DNA of 64,000 nucleotides from an uncultured Gemmatimonadales bacterium (GTDB lineage Bacteria > Gemmatimonadota > Gemmatimonadetes > Gemmatimonadales > GWC2-71-9): positions 288,001-352,000 of the forward strand of contig CAWGED010000005.1 of assembly GCA_963821525.1 (NCBI GenBank), written 5' to 3'. A program made the translations under genes and the position numbers. The notes under the pieces are model-generated. The model saw nothing but the letters and a program-made list of their open reading frames with translations, had not been told where the DNA came from and did not search any database. How positions within the stretch are numbered: the first letter of the stretch is position 1; the number at the start of each line of letters is the position of its first letter. This document shows, one piece after another, positions 40,155 through 52,708 of the stretch.

Positions 40155-41738
40155 ATGAGTCGACTCGTTTGGCGCAGCATGTGGCGCGCAGCTCTTCTGG
40201 GAGCAACGCTGGGCACCTCAGCCCTCTCGGCGCAGGTCAAGCTTCCACCCGTCCCCGATTCGACGGGGTGGGGAGTGCACGTCCTCACCGTCGCGCGAGA
40301 TCCGCGCGGGGGCCTCTGGGTCGGCACCTACGGGCAGGGTATCCTGCGACTCCGCGCCGGGGCAAATGCCTGGGAACGGATACGGAGTGACACTACCCCG
40401 ACGAGCCTGTCCTGGGATTTCGTTCACGCGTTCGGCTTCGGGAGCCGGGGCGAGATCTGGTACGGTACGGTCGGGAATGGCTGGGGAGTCTCGACCGATG
40501 ACGGCGCCACGTGGACCAACTGGACGCTGAAGCAGCTGGGCCCCGAATGGCAGTACGTGGCCCCCAATGGGATCGCTACCCGGGGTGATACCGTATGGAT
40601 CGGAACGGCCGACGGCATTCAGGTCACCAGCGACGGCGGCCACCATTGGATCGCGCTCGGCGACAAGACCGGCCCGGCCGCGAAGGGGCCGGCCGATACC
40701 GCGTTCGCGATTCTCAACAACGAATATGTGAAGCGGCTGGGGATCGATCGCCGGGGGGTCCTGGTCACGACACCCAAGGGGAACGAGCTGATCACGTCCA
40801 CCTCCGAAGGCTGGGTGAGCCAGGGCATCACCACGGCCGCATTCGCTCCCTTGAACCGCATCGTGATCGACGGGCAGGCCGTGCGCGGCACACCCTGCGG
40901 GCTCCGGCTCGCGACCGACACGATGCCGTGCTACACCCGCGCCTCCAAGGCCGCCGATCCGCCTCGCGCCCTGCTGACGACCTGGTTTGCCCGGCCCATC
41001 GACCGGTCAGACAACTCCTATATCGACCAGACGTATCGGTACGGCTCGACGATGGGAGGGAACTTCCAGCAGCATCAGGGCGTCGAATTCAACAATCCCG
41101 ACGGGACACCGGTGCACGCGATCGGCGCCGGCAAGGTGGTCTATGCCGGACCGGCTGAAGCGGGTGCGCTCACCGTCGCCATTCGGCATGACACCACGGT
41201 GACCGGCGCAGACGGGAAGCTGCGCATCTTCTCGGTCTACTACCACAACTCCTCGCTCGCGGTGAAAGTGGGACAGCGGGTCGCTGCGGGTGCCGTGATC
41301 GCCCGCGTCGGCAATACCGGACGTGCGACGAATGATCACCTCCACCTCGAAGTACACGCGTCGCCGACCGACTCGGTTCCCGCCATCGTGGATTCGCTAC
41401 AGCGGTTCCCCCCTTATACCACCAATCCCGAGCTCTGGATCGAGCCGCTTCCGGGGACCGGGATCGTGGCGGGGCAGGTCTTCAACGCCGCGGGAGAACC
41501 AATTCCCCAAGCCCGGATCTACGGGTTGGTGAAGCCCGAACCGATCGAAACACCGTTCTCCTACGCCGAGACGTACGGTGACAAGGCCCATCCCCATCCG
41601 TTGTACGGAGAGCATTTCGCGGTGGGCGACGTTCCGCCGGGAGTCTATATCATGGGAACGGAGATCGAGGGGAAGAAGGTCTTTCGAAGGGTGACAGTGG
41701 AGGCGGGGAAACTCAGTTGGGTGGTGTTTAAACCGTAG
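40155..41738 (+). CDS. Secreted beta-propeller + M23 peptidase + C-terminal beta-sandwich protein
   Basis: Signal peptide; GLWVGTYGQG / IWYGT / STDDGATW propeller repeats; HQGVEF...GNTGRATNDHLHLEV. Confidence 0.85.
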   Translation: MSRLVWRSMWRAALLGATLGTSALSAQVKLPPVPDSTGWGVHVLTVARDPRGGLWVGTYGQGILRLRAGANAWERIRSDTTPTSLSWDFVHAFGFGSRGEIWYGTVGNGWGVSTDDGATWTNWTLKQLGPEWQYVAPNGIATRGDTVWIGTADGIQVTSDGGHHWIALGDKTGPAAKGPADTAFAILNNEYVKRLGIDRRGVLVTTPKGNELITSTSEGWVSQGITTAAFAPLNRIVIDGQAVRGTPCGLRLATDTMPCYTRASKAADPPRALLTTWFARPIDRSDNSYIDQTYRYGSTMGGNFQQHQGVEFNNPDGTPVHAIGAGKVVYAGPAEAGALTVAIRHDTTVTGADGKLRIFSVYYHNSSLAVKVGQRVAAGAVIARVGNTGRATNDHLHLEVHASPTDSVPAIVDSLQRFPPYTTNPELWIEPLPGTGIVAGQVFNAAGEPIPQARIYGLVKPEPIETPFSYAETYGDKAHPHPLYGEHFAVGDVPPGVYIMGTEIEGKKVFRRVTVEAGKLSWVVFKP

Positions 41739-41760
41739 GGGCTCAGGGAACTGGAACCCG

Positions 41761-42357
41761 GTGTTCATCGAACTCACCGATCATCTTCGTTGTCCCGCCC
41801 CGCACGAGGAGGCGTTCCTCGTCCTGGTGCCGTATGAGATGGACGGTCGCATGGTAGTCCGTGGAGTGTTGGGGTGTCCGATTTGCCAGCGGGAGTTCCG
41901 AATCACCCGCGGTGTCGCGGTCTTCGAGCTGAACGGGCGCACCGGCGAGGCGGCTCCTGGTGTGACCGCCTCGATCCCGACAGACGCAATTGTGGCTTTC
42001 CTGGGGCTCGAGGGGCCGGGAGGCTACCTGGGACTCTTCGGGGACGCGTCGGGGTTTGCGGCAGGCCTGGAGACAGCTCTGCCAGGCGTTCACCTGGTCG
42101 TGCTCAATCCGCCTGACGGAGGGACCAGTTCCCCTTCCGTAAGCATTCTCCGTGGACCGACGGCACCCATCAAGTCCCGGTCGCTGCGTGGGGTGGTACT
42201 GGGCGGTGATATCGGGTCCAGCCCGGAGTGGCAGAAGGAAGCGGGTCGGTGTGTGCTGCCCGGCCTCAGAGTCGTTGGAGAGGGAACTCCGCCGCGACTG
42301 CCGGAACTGGAATCGCTGGCTGAAGCAGGAGGTTGGTGGGTGGCGCGAAAGGGCTAG
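41761..42357 (+). CDS. Hypothetical protein with Trm112-like N-terminal zinc knuckle
   Basis: LRCPAPHE...GVLGCPICQREFRITRGVAVF. Confidence 0.65.
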   Translation: MFIELTDHLRCPAPHEEAFLVLVPYEMDGRMVVRGVLGCPICQREFRITRGVAVFELNGRTGEAAPGVTASIPTDAIVAFLGLEGPGGYLGLFGDASGFAAGLETALPGVHLVVLNPPDGGTSSPSVSILRGPTAPIKSRSLRGVVLGGDIGSSPEWQKEAGRCVLPGLRVVGEGTPPRLPELESLAEAGGWWVARKG

Positions 42358-42369
42358 CGAGCGGAGCCG

Positions 42370-44196
42370 CTAGACGTCGTGTGAGCCGCCGACCGACTCC
42401 GAATAGAGCGCCTCGATCTGGCTCTGATAGTTCCGCTCCACGACTCTCCGTTTGACCTTGAGCGTCGGCGTCAGCTCTCCCCCTTCGATACTGAAGTCGC
42501 GGGCCAGCAGCATGACCTTCTTCGGCATTTCGAAGTGGGCCAGGTCGCGCAGCTCCTTTCTCATCTCCCGCTCAATCTTGTCTCCCGACTGAGGAAGCTC
42601 GATGAGGCTCGCCTCGTCAGCGAAGGCGAGATTCTTGGCGTGAGCCCAGGCCTTCAGGTTGTCCATGTTGGGGACGACGAGCATGATCGGAAACTTGCGC
42701 TTGTCCCCGATCATGACCGCGTTCGACACGAACTTGTTGCTCTTGACCCGGTTTTCGATTGGCTGCGGGGCGATGTTCTTGCCCCCTGCGGTGACGATGA
42801 TGTCCTTCTTGCGGTCGGTGATCTTGAGAAACCCATCGGCGTCGAGCAGTCCGATGTCTCCGGTATGGAACCAGCCATCGGCGTCGATAGCCTCTTTCGT
42901 CGCATCCGGCTTGTTGAAATACCCTTTCATGATATGAGGACCGCGGGTCAGGATCTCTCCATCCGAGGCGATTTTCACCTGGACCCCGGGGATCGGCTGG
43001 CCCACGGTGCCGAGCTTAAGATGTTCGAAGGTGTTGACGGCGATGACCGGCGAGGTCTCGGTCAGACCATATCCCTCGAGAATCGGTAGTCCTGCCGCGT
43101 AGAAAAACTTGGCGATCTCAGCCGACAACGGGGCTCCGCCCGACACGAAGATTCTGAGTCGTCCCCCTGTCGCCGCCTTCAGCTTGCCGAACACGAGGCG
43201 GTCGGCGATTCGCTTCCTGAAGCCAAGGCCTCCTGGGACCGGCCGGTGCGCCAGCGTGTACTCCGCCCAGAGTTCCGCGGTCCGCTTAGCCCAGAAGAAG
43301 ATCCGGCGTTTCACGGAGGAGCCGGCGAGCGCGCCCTCCAGCACCCGGGCGTAGATCTTCTCGTACAACCGCGGCACCGAGGCGACGATCGTAGGCCGCC
43401 GCTCTCTCATCTCGGCCGAGACCGCGTCGACGCTCGAGGCGTAGTTGATGATCACGCCGCTATGGAACATGCAGTAGTGGCCCAGCATCCGCTCGAATAC
43501 ATGAGAGAGCGGCAGGAACGACAGGCATTCATCCGACTGGGCGTTGAGCTGCACGATGCTCATCGAGGTGACCACGTTGGACGTGATGTTCCCGTGGCTG
43601 AGCATCACGCCCTTGGGGTCTCCCGTCGTGCCGGAGGTGTAGATCAGGGTGGCGAGATCGTCGGGATCCACCTCCAGCGCCTCTTCGCGCCAGCGGGGAT
43701 ACTTCGCCAGTGCCGCCCGTCCCTTGGCGATCACATCGTTGAAGGAGAGGACGTCCCGCCCGATCGCATCCTGGTCGATGGCGATGACGTGCCTCAGCTC
43801 AGGGGTCACGTCGGGGTACCTGATGGCGAGGACCTTCTCGAGCTGGGCGCTGCTCGACACGATGATGGCCGCGGCGCCCGAATCGCGCAAAATGTATCCG
43901 ATGTGCTGTGGCGGGAGTGTGGGATAGATCGGGACGTCGGCGCAGCGCGCCGCGAGGCAGGCGAAATCGGTCCAGGCCCACTCGGGCCGATTCTCCGACA
44001 ACAATGCAACGCGATCGCCGGGTTTGAGGCCCAGCTCGCGCAGGCCGGCAGCGAGGCACTGAACCTGGTCCAGCACGAATCGGTAATCGAAGTCGGTCCA
44101 CGTCCCGCCGAGCTTGGCCCGCATCGCCACCGAAGCGGCCGGATACCGGTCTATCGCGCCGAAGAAGATCTCGTTGAGCGTTCGCGGAGAGGTCAT
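42370..44196 (-). CDS. Long-chain fatty acid-CoA ligase
   Basis: YTSGTTGDPKG, EGYGLTE, GWFHTGD, DRKKD and LTPTLKVKR. Confidence 0.93.
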   Translation of the reverse strand: MTSPRTLNEIFFGAIDRYPAASVAMRAKLGGTWTDFDYRFVLDQVQCLAAGLRELGLKPGDRVALLSENRPEWAWTDFACLAARCADVPIYPTLPPQHIGYILRDSGAAAIIVSSSAQLEKVLAIRYPDVTPELRHVIAIDQDAIGRDVLSFNDVIAKGRAALAKYPRWREEALEVDPDDLATLIYTSGTTGDPKGVMLSHGNITSNVVTSMSIVQLNAQSDECLSFLPLSHVFERMLGHYCMFHSGVIINYASSVDAVSAEMRERRPTIVASVPRLYEKIYARVLEGALAGSSVKRRIFFWAKRTAELWAEYTLAHRPVPGGLGFRKRIADRLVFGKLKAATGGRLRIFVSGGAPLSAEIAKFFYAAGLPILEGYGLTETSPVIAVNTFEHLKLGTVGQPIPGVQVKIASDGEILTRGPHIMKGYFNKPDATKEAIDADGWFHTGDIGLLDADGFLKITDRKKDIIVTAGGKNIAPQPIENRVKSNKFVSNAVMIGDKRKFPIMLVVPNMDNLKAWAHAKNLAFADEASLIELPQSGDKIEREMRKELRDLAHFEMPKKVMLLARDFSIEGGELTPTLKVKRRVVERNYQSQIEALYSESVGGSHDV

Positions 44197-44889
44197 TGGA
44201 ACCTCACGATGAATCGCTGGCCGGAGCCTGGGACGGTGGCTTGGCTGGGGCGGAAGGCAAACACCTCCACGATGACGCTATCGGGTTGTACCACGCCATT
44301 GGTGCGGCGCAGGGTCACGGGGACCAGCGGTCTTCCGTCGGCGCCGGTCTCGGCGCGGAGCGACATTCCGCCGCCCTCGAAGTGCACCAGCCCGAGGCTC
44401 ACGAGACTGTCGAAAACCACATAGCTGATCGAGGTAAAGGGTACGCCGCCGGGGGGATTCAAGGTCTGCACGGCGGCATCGAGCGGGGCGGAAGCGGTGT
44501 CCGCGTCGGGTACCGTCATCGTGTCGGGGCCGACGACCGCCAGGGTATCGGATGGGGGATGAACGATGATCGAAATGAGCGGAGAAAGCAGGCTCCCAAC
44601 GTACGCCTGAACTTCGCCCGTCCCGGTCAGGCTGTCGGTGGTGAGCAGCCCGATCGAATCCACCATCGTCAACAGGGTTCGGATCCGTTGTGCGCCAGTA
44701 GACCGGCTCGCTGACTACATCGCCGTTCTTGTCCAGCGCCTGGGCGACCAGGGTGAGAGTGTCGCCCGGCTCTACCGCGGCATCGGCCGGCGCCTGCACC
44801 TGGATGGCGATCACCCCATTGCCGGTGCTCGTCACATCGCTGCAGGCCAGCACGCCGAGCACTGCCGCGACGTGGCGAAACTGTCTCAC
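44193..44889 (-). CDS. Ig-like lipoprotein, frameshift near 44672
   Basis: VLAC lipobox; beta-rich N part (44278-44889 frame) continues into the 44193-44672 frame; overlaps both neighbours. Confidence 0.65.
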
Positions 44890-45329
44890 GAAGACTCCGA
44901 GGCCGCTTCCGTCTCGATTTCCCGTAACGCCCCTTCGGCGTGCTGCACCCAGCGGTCGGCATCGGGGCCCTTGGGCGGCCGGGCGAGAAAGGCCCGGAGA
45001 TGCTGGGCGGCTTCGGGAAGGTCGCCCCTGGCTTTGAGGCGGAACGCGAGCCCATAGTGGGCGCCCGAGAGGCTCCCATCGAGCTGCAGGGCCCGGCGAT
45101 AAAAACGGATCGCTTCCTCCGGCTGGCCTGTCTTGGTGAAGGCGATGGCCATGCTCTGGAGAATGCGAGGATCGTTGGGGTTGTCACGGAGGGCAAGCCT
45201 ATAGGACGTCAACGCGGCCTCGAAGTCGCCCTGACGCTCGAGCGCCATTGCCTCATTGAGGTAGTCCAGACGTTGGGGCCTGAGAGCCTCCGACTTCCCG
45301 GTGCCGAACAACCGCCGCCAGAAGCTCAT
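44886..45329 (-). CDS. TPR protein
   Basis: Three TPR-like repeats (ALTSYRLAL, AIRFYRRAL, AHYGLAF). Confidence 0.85.
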   Translation of the reverse strand: MSFWRRLFGTGKSEALRPQRLDYLNEAMALERQGDFEAALTSYRLALRDNPNDPRILQSMAIAFTKTGQPEEAIRFYRRALQLDGSLSGAHYGLAFRLKARGDLPEAAQHLRAFLARPPKGPDADRWVQHAEGALREIETEAASESS

Positions 45330-45493
45330 CGCGTCAGACGGATCCTTGAGGAAAGCGGTGAGGAGAAAGGAGTTGGGCCTGCGTCCCTAAGATAGTCCCC
45401 GCAGAAAAGTGCCGCAACGCGGTTGATGGCTCGGTAGTGCACCAGTAGGTTACTGGTCCACGGCGGCACTACGAAGCGAAAGACGATCTGCTC

Positions 45494-46009
45494 ATGAAGC
45501 CACCCATCTCACCGGTCCCTCGCGGAGTTCTCGAGGTTGATTGGGCCTTCTTCGGGGAAATCTGCCGCGCCCTCGCTCTCAAGGTGGCACGGGAGTTCGA
45601 TCCCGAGGTGGTGCTCGGGGTGGCCAAAGCCGGCGTGATCCCCGGTGTGGTTGTCGCCTCGATCCTGCAGCGCGAGTTCACCTCGATGGTGGTCACCCGC
45701 AAGGACGAAGGTGAAGAACCGGTGCTCATCGCCGGACCTCCTTCCACCATCCGGGGCCGGCGGGTCCTCATCGTGGATGAGACCTGCGATACCGGCAGCA
45801 CCATGAAACTGGCGCTGAGCGAAGTCCGCGCGCTCAAGCCGGCAACGGTCAAGACGGCAGTCTCTTTCAAGACCGGGCCGTACCAGCCTGACTACTATGC
45901 TTTCGAATCCGAGAACTTCATCATCCTGCCCTGGGATCGCGAAATCATTCAGGGAGGTGAGCTGGTAGTGCGGCCGGAATACGTGGGAAAGCTTCGAGAA
46001 GGTCGATAA
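45494..46009 (+). CDS. Type I phosphoribosyltransferase
   Basis: RVLIVDETCDTGSTM PRPP loop; ILPWD C-terminus. Confidence 0.88.
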   Translation: MKPPISPVPRGVLEVDWAFFGEICRALALKVAREFDPEVVLGVAKAGVIPGVVVASILQREFTSMVVTRKDEGEEPVLIAGPPSTIRGRRVLIVDETCDTGSTMKLALSEVRALKPATVKTAVSFKTGPYQPDYYAFESENFIILPWDREIIQGGELVVRPEYVGKLREGR

Positions 46010-46112
46010 CGAGTCGAGCCTCGAGTCTCTGCCTCCGGCCTGGATGATTCCCGGCGCCTGAGGCGGACGGCTTGGGGCTTGGTGTCACCTGCCTCCGATC
46101 ACGATCTCGAGA

Positions 46113-47486
46113 ATGCATAATCGCCTCGCCGAAGCCATCGCGTCTTCGCGCGCCGACTACACCGAAATCCGTCTCGAGCGCTCCTGGCTCACTGCCGTGG
46201 CCTACCGCGGCAGCCGTCTGGAGGGAGCCAACAGCAGCCTCGACCTGGGTGGATTCGTCCGCTGCATGTCGAGGGGGTACGGGTGGGGTGCCGTGTCCTT
46301 CAACGGCCTGGACCACCTCGACGCCATGGTGTCCCGGGCCCATGAGCTTTCTCTCGCGGTTCGGCTGGATCAGCCCATTCGGCTGGCCGAGCTGCCCGCC
46401 CGGCGTGATGATGTGCGGGCCGATCTCGACGGCGATGTCCGCGGGATCAGCCTGGCCGAGAAGCAGCAACTGCTGGAGCGACTGAACCAGGAAATGCTCG
46501 CGGTGGACCGCCGGATCGTGGACACCCAGGCCGCGTACCGCGATGAAGTCACCGAGTACTGGTTCGCCAACTCCGACGGAACCATGCTCTACGAGCTTCG
46601 GCCCGACGTGACGCTCTCCGCCGTGGCTCTGGCGCGGGACGAGGGAGTCGTCGAGCGTGGGCTCGAATCCGTCGGAGTGCGCGGTGGCTGGCGCTCGGTC
46701 CAGGAATGCGACCAGCTCTTTCGCACCGCGGCCCGCCGCGCAATCCAGCTGCTCACCGCTCCGCGAGTCCGCAGCGGTACCTACCCGGTGGTGCTGGATC
46801 CCCGGCTGGCCGCCATTCTGGTCCACGAAGCTATCGGGCACATGAGCGAAGCCGACGTGATCGCCGACAACGCCGAGGCCCGCGCGATGATGACCCTGGG
46901 ACGGAGGTTCGGCTCCGAGCTGCTGACCGTGGGTGACGATGGCAGCGCGGCCGGCCTCCGTGGTTCACTCCCCTATGACGACGAGGGCACGCCGACGCAG
47001 AACACCCTGCTCATCCAAAACGGCGTGCTGGTAGGCCGGCTCCACTCCCGGGAGACCGCCGCACGGATGAACGAACGGCCCACCGGAAATGCCCGCGCGG
47101 TTTCCTTCCGCCATGCACCGATCGTCCGGCTCACCAACACGTACATCGCGAACGGCCGGGGAAGCCTGGATGACCTGCTCAAGGGCATCCGGTTCGGGGT
47201 CTACTGCTGCGACGCGCTGGGCGGCCGGAGCCACCTCGAAAACTTTTCCTTCACTTCGGGCTACGGCCACATGATCCGGGACGGCAAGCTGGCCGAGCTG
47301 GTCAAACCGGTCGTCCTGGCGGGGAACCTGTTTGAGACGCTGGACCGGGTGGACTCGGTAGCCGGGGACTTCCGCTGGAACCAGCTCGGGGGAGGCTGTG
47401 GGAAGGGAGGCCAGGTGCCGCTTCCGGTAGCCGAGGGCGCGCCCCACATCCGGTTGTCCGAGGTCGCTGTAGGTGGTGGCCAGTGA
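46113..47486 (+). CDS. tldD: TldD metalloprotease
   Basis: VHEAIGHMSEAD, YDDEGTP, TGNARA, PIVRLTNT and GGCGKGGQ. Confidence 0.92.
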   Translation: MHNRLAEAIASSRADYTEIRLERSWLTAVAYRGSRLEGANSSLDLGGFVRCMSRGYGWGAVSFNGLDHLDAMVSRAHELSLAVRLDQPIRLAELPARRDDVRADLDGDVRGISLAEKQQLLERLNQEMLAVDRRIVDTQAAYRDEVTEYWFANSDGTMLYELRPDVTLSAVALARDEGVVERGLESVGVRGGWRSVQECDQLFRTAARRAIQLLTAPRVRSGTYPVVLDPRLAAILVHEAIGHMSEADVIADNAEARAMMTLGRRFGSELLTVGDDGSAAGLRGSLPYDDEGTPTQNTLLIQNGVLVGRLHSRETAARMNERPTGNARAVSFRHAPIVRLTNTYIANGRGSLDDLLKGIRFGVYCCDALGGRSHLENFSFTSGYGHMIRDGKLAELVKPVVLAGNLFETLDRVDSVAGDFRWNQLGGGCGKGGQVPLPVAEGAPHIRLSEVAVGGGQ

Positions 47487-48773
47487 TCGGGACGCTGCTG
47501 GAGCGCGCTGCGCGCCGGACTCAGGCGGCCGATCTCACCTCCAAGTCCGACGAGACTCTCACCCTCGGCTTCGATGGTGGCCGACTGAAGTCGGCCGGGA
47601 GACTGCAGGAGCGCGGAGTGAATCTTCGCGTCGTGGCCGGTGGCCGGATGGGTTTTGCCGGTACCACAGACACCGAGCCCGAGCCGCTACTGGAGATGGC
47701 GCTCGCTTCGGCTGCGGTGGGAGAAGAGGTGAAGATCGAGTTGCCGCGCCCGCAACCGCTCCCGCAGGTTGCCACTCACTATCCTCGCGCGGCTGTGGCG
47801 ACGCTCGAGGAACTCGCCCAATTGGGACAGGGCATTCACGATCGCCTCGTCCGGGATGGGTGCCACGTCCGCGTCTCGGTCGAGCGATCGGTCGGCTCGG
47901 TCAGAGTGGCGAATACTGCCGGAGTAGATGCCGGGTACGACGTATCGTCGGTCAGCCTCGGCGCAGAACTGGTCCGGATCCGCGGGGATGATGTGCTCAC
48001 TATTCGTGAGTATTGGGCCGGCGGCGACCTTCCGGGCGATGCGGATCTCGAGTGGCTGGTCGGCGGGATACTCCAGCGATTGAAATGGGCCGAGCGGCAC
48101 GGCTGAGGCGCCACATGGTGCACTGACGGTCTGCTTTACGCCGAACGGCGCCGAAGCGCTTCTGCTTCCGCTGCACGCGGCGCTCCAGGGCAAGGCGCTC
48201 TTGCACGGTGTCTCCCCGCTCATGGTCCGGGGCCGTGCCATCACCTTCGCCTCGAGCTTCTCGCTGACCGACGATCCGCTGCTGGACGGAAGGCCGGGCT
48301 CGAGGCCAATAGATGATGAAGGAGTGGTGAGCCGCCGCACGCCCCTGGTCCACCAGGGGAACGTGCAGGAGTTCATCTACGACCTCGAATCGGCGGGGCG
48401 AGCGGGCACTCAGCCTACCGGTCACGGCCGGAGAACGATCTTCGGAAAGCCTCAGGCCGCGTTCAGCAACCTCATCGTGAGTCCGGGCGAGTATTCGCTT
48501 CCCAATCTGCTCGGCCTGATCTCCAGCGGCGTGCTGGTGGACCGGCTCCACGGAGTGGGGCAGGGCAACCTGGTGAGCGGCACCTTCGCGCACCAGATCG
48601 CGACGGCGTATCGGGTTGAAAACGGTGAAGTCGTCGGCCGGATTGCGAGCGGCACCGTGGCAGGGAATGCCTATGAGCTGCTGGGACGAATCACGACTTT
48701 GGGACGGGATGCACCGTGGCGGGGGAGTACCTCAGTGCCGGCGATGCTGGTGGACGGGGTGACGGTCTCCTGA
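47483..48773 (+). CDS. pmbA: TldE/PmbA protein, frameshift near 48105
   Basis: GTGA overlap with tldD; C-terminal IDDEG, PTGHG, GNLVSGTF and VAGNAYELL in a second frame. Confidence 0.85.
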
Positions 48774-48932
48774 TCAGAAGAGGTAGATCCTGACCAACCG
48801 GTAGACTCCGTACATCGTCGCCAGACCGATCAGCACGATCACAATTTCCCGCAACAGGTTCAGAAACCTCCGAGTCCCTGCCGCGGGGTCGTGATCGACT
48901 TGTCTATTGCTGCGAATGTTGTACGCGCACAT
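48774..48932 (-). CDS. Small single-TM protein (52 aa, not in ORF track)
   Basis: MCAYNIRSNRQVDHDPAAGTRRFLNLLREIVIVLIGLATMYGVYRLVRIYLF*; fills the gap between the V4R gene and pmbA. Confidence 0.45.
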   Translation of the reverse strand: MCAYNIRSNRQVDHDPAAGTRRFLNLLREIVIVLIGLATMYGVYRLVRIYLF

Positions 48933-48962
48933 CGAGCGCTTCCGCGCACTACGGCCCCTCGC

Positions 48963-49526
48963 TCAGCCCCCGATTCCCAGGGCCTCATGGTAGGAATGTC
49001 CCTCGGCCATCCGATCGTAGAGCACCTGCAGGGTTTCCGGCGCTCCCGCGAGGAAGCGGCAACGGTCGTCACCCCTGGAAAGACACTCGACTTCCATGAC
49101 GCCGAGCGTGGAATTGGAGACCCGGCCCAGGACGTCGGCCAGCATGCCGCTGGAGAGATGACAGGAAGGGTACTGCGTTCCGGCTGAGGCGTCTGCCTCG
49201 GACCAATCGGAGGAGTCGAGAGCGATGACCGCCTGGGCGATAGGAGCCACGGTGAGCGTGCCCCAACCGGTTTCCCGGAAAAATCCCGAGAGGGTCTCGC
49301 CGAGGTGGCGCACATCGAGCCCGGCCGGGGAGTCGATGCCATAGCGACCCGCGAGCCAGCCGCGATAGGCCTGATAGACCGCCTCTCCACCGGCGAATCC
49401 GGCCTCCTGGAGGTATGCCGCTGTCTGAAGCCCGGTGTCACGCTCCAGGCTGGCGCGAAGCTGATGCAGGCTCCGCCGACTCAGGGCGAGACAGTTGGGC
49501 GAGACGAGGAGTGCCGTGGCCGTCAT
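48963..49526 (-). CDS. Stand-alone V4R (4-vinyl reductase) domain protein
   Basis: GWGTL, CHLSSGMLAD and EVECLSRGDDRCRF. Confidence 0.88.
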   Translation of the reverse strand: MTATALLVSPNCLALSRRSLHQLRASLERDTGLQTAAYLQEAGFAGGEAVYQAYRGWLAGRYGIDSPAGLDVRHLGETLSGFFRETGWGTLTVAPIAQAVIALDSSDWSEADASAGTQYPSCHLSSGMLADVLGRVSNSTLGVMEVECLSRGDDRCRFLAGAPETLQVLYDRMAEGHSYHEALGIGG

Positions 49527-49615
49527 TGGAAGGAGCCGCGATTAGGGTTGGCGCAAAGTAGGAATGTAATGGGGCCTGCCGCAAGGTCACTATGTCCTTT
49601 TCAGCGGCGCTGGTC

Positions 49616-51664
<2,049 letters not shown>

Positions 51665-51672
51665 CTAGTGAA

Positions 51673-51791
51673 GCGGGAGTGGGGAGTGGGGAGTGGGGGG
51701 AGGGAGTAGGGAGTAGGGAGTAGTGAGTAGGGAGTGCGGTGGAGAGCCTGGGTGTGGCCCTACGCCCTACTCCCTACAACCTACTCCCACT
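51673..51791. repeat. Inverted (GGGAGTA/G) heptamer arrays upstream of ligA
   Basis: gggagtggggagtggggagt...gggagtagggagtagggagtagtgagtagggagt ... ccctacgccctactccctacaacctactccc. Confidence 0.88.
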
Positions 51792-51794
51792 CAA

Positions 51795-52589
51795 CTAGCG
51801 CGCCGCCGCCTCCTGCCCCAGCACCGTGAGCGCCACCCCGACCAAACGCTCGATCTCCTCCGCGCTGGCCTTGGCCAGGATCCCTTCGCTCCAGGGGCCC
51901 TCCCGGGCCGCGAACTCGTCGAGGAGCCGGCGGAGGAAGCCGATCAGCGCCGCCCGCTCCCGCTCGGTGGCCCGGTGTGCCGGGGACGGAGACTCCCCCA
52001 CCCGCTGCTGCAGCCGTTCGAAACGGTGGGCGTTCCGGAGCGACTTCGCCGTGAGGCTGGCCACGACCTGGCAGAAGGCCACGTCGTTTTCGGAGAAATT
52101 GGGCCCGTCCCGGAAGGTTCGCAGGAAGATGGCCCCGATGGCCGCACCCCGCCACGTGATTGGGACGACGGTGATGGCCTTAACCCGGCGGAGCTGCAGG
52201 GCGCTCCGCACGTGCTCCAGCGATTGATCCTTCTCGACGTCCGGGATGAACACCGTGCGACCGGTCTTGATGGCCTGAGCCAGCTCCGGATAGCGGTCCA
52301 GGTCCACCATGTAGTTCCGGATGCCCGGGTCTTCGTAGCTGGCCACGAGGCGAACGGTCTTTCCGTCCCGCTCCGCCAGGAAGATCGAGCAGCGGTCCAG
52401 CCCGAATGCCTCCCCCAGCCGCCGCGTGATGGACTGCATGATGTCCACGAAGTGGAGCGACCCCGCGATTTCCTGGAGAATCTCGATGATGGCCAGGAGG
52501 TGCTTCCGTTCGTGCTCCAGGTCCCGAACCTGGGCCTGAAGGCGCTCGGCGTCCTCAGCGGTGACAGCCGCTGCCGAAGTCACGGTCAT
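51795..52589 (-). CDS. GAF domain protein without recognisable output domain
   Basis: Coiled coil, LDRCSIFL, TVFIPDV, ITVVPI...IGAIFL, FSENDV.F...VA. Confidence 0.82.
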   Translation of the reverse strand: MTVTSAAAVTAEDAERLQAQVRDLEHERKHLLAIIEILQEIAGSLHFVDIMQSITRRLGEAFGLDRCSIFLAERDGKTVRLVASYEDPGIRNYMVDLDRYPELAQAIKTGRTVFIPDVEKDQSLEHVRSALQLRRVKAITVVPITWRGAAIGAIFLRTFRDGPNFSENDVAFCQVVASLTAKSLRNAHRFERLQQRVGESPSPAHRATERERAALIGFLRRLLDEFAAREGPWSEGILAKASAEEIERLVGVALTVLGQEAAAR

Positions 52590-52708
52590 GGACTCATCCG
52601 GTATGGGATGGCGAAGTTTCGCCGGGGGAGTGGAGGGGGTCAAGCGTGAGTAGCTTGCTCAGGATCTTGACGGTAATTTTCTGACGGTACGGTACACGGA
52701 GGCAGACA

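Noticed and set aside
45494..48773. RiPP cluster around tldD-pmbA
   Set aside because: No precursor peptide, YcaO, radical SAM or transporter nearby; housekeeping TldDE is more likely.
51673..51791. CRISPR array interpretation of this and the other tandem repeats
   Set aside because: Units are 7-8 nt without unique spacers, and there are no cas genes.
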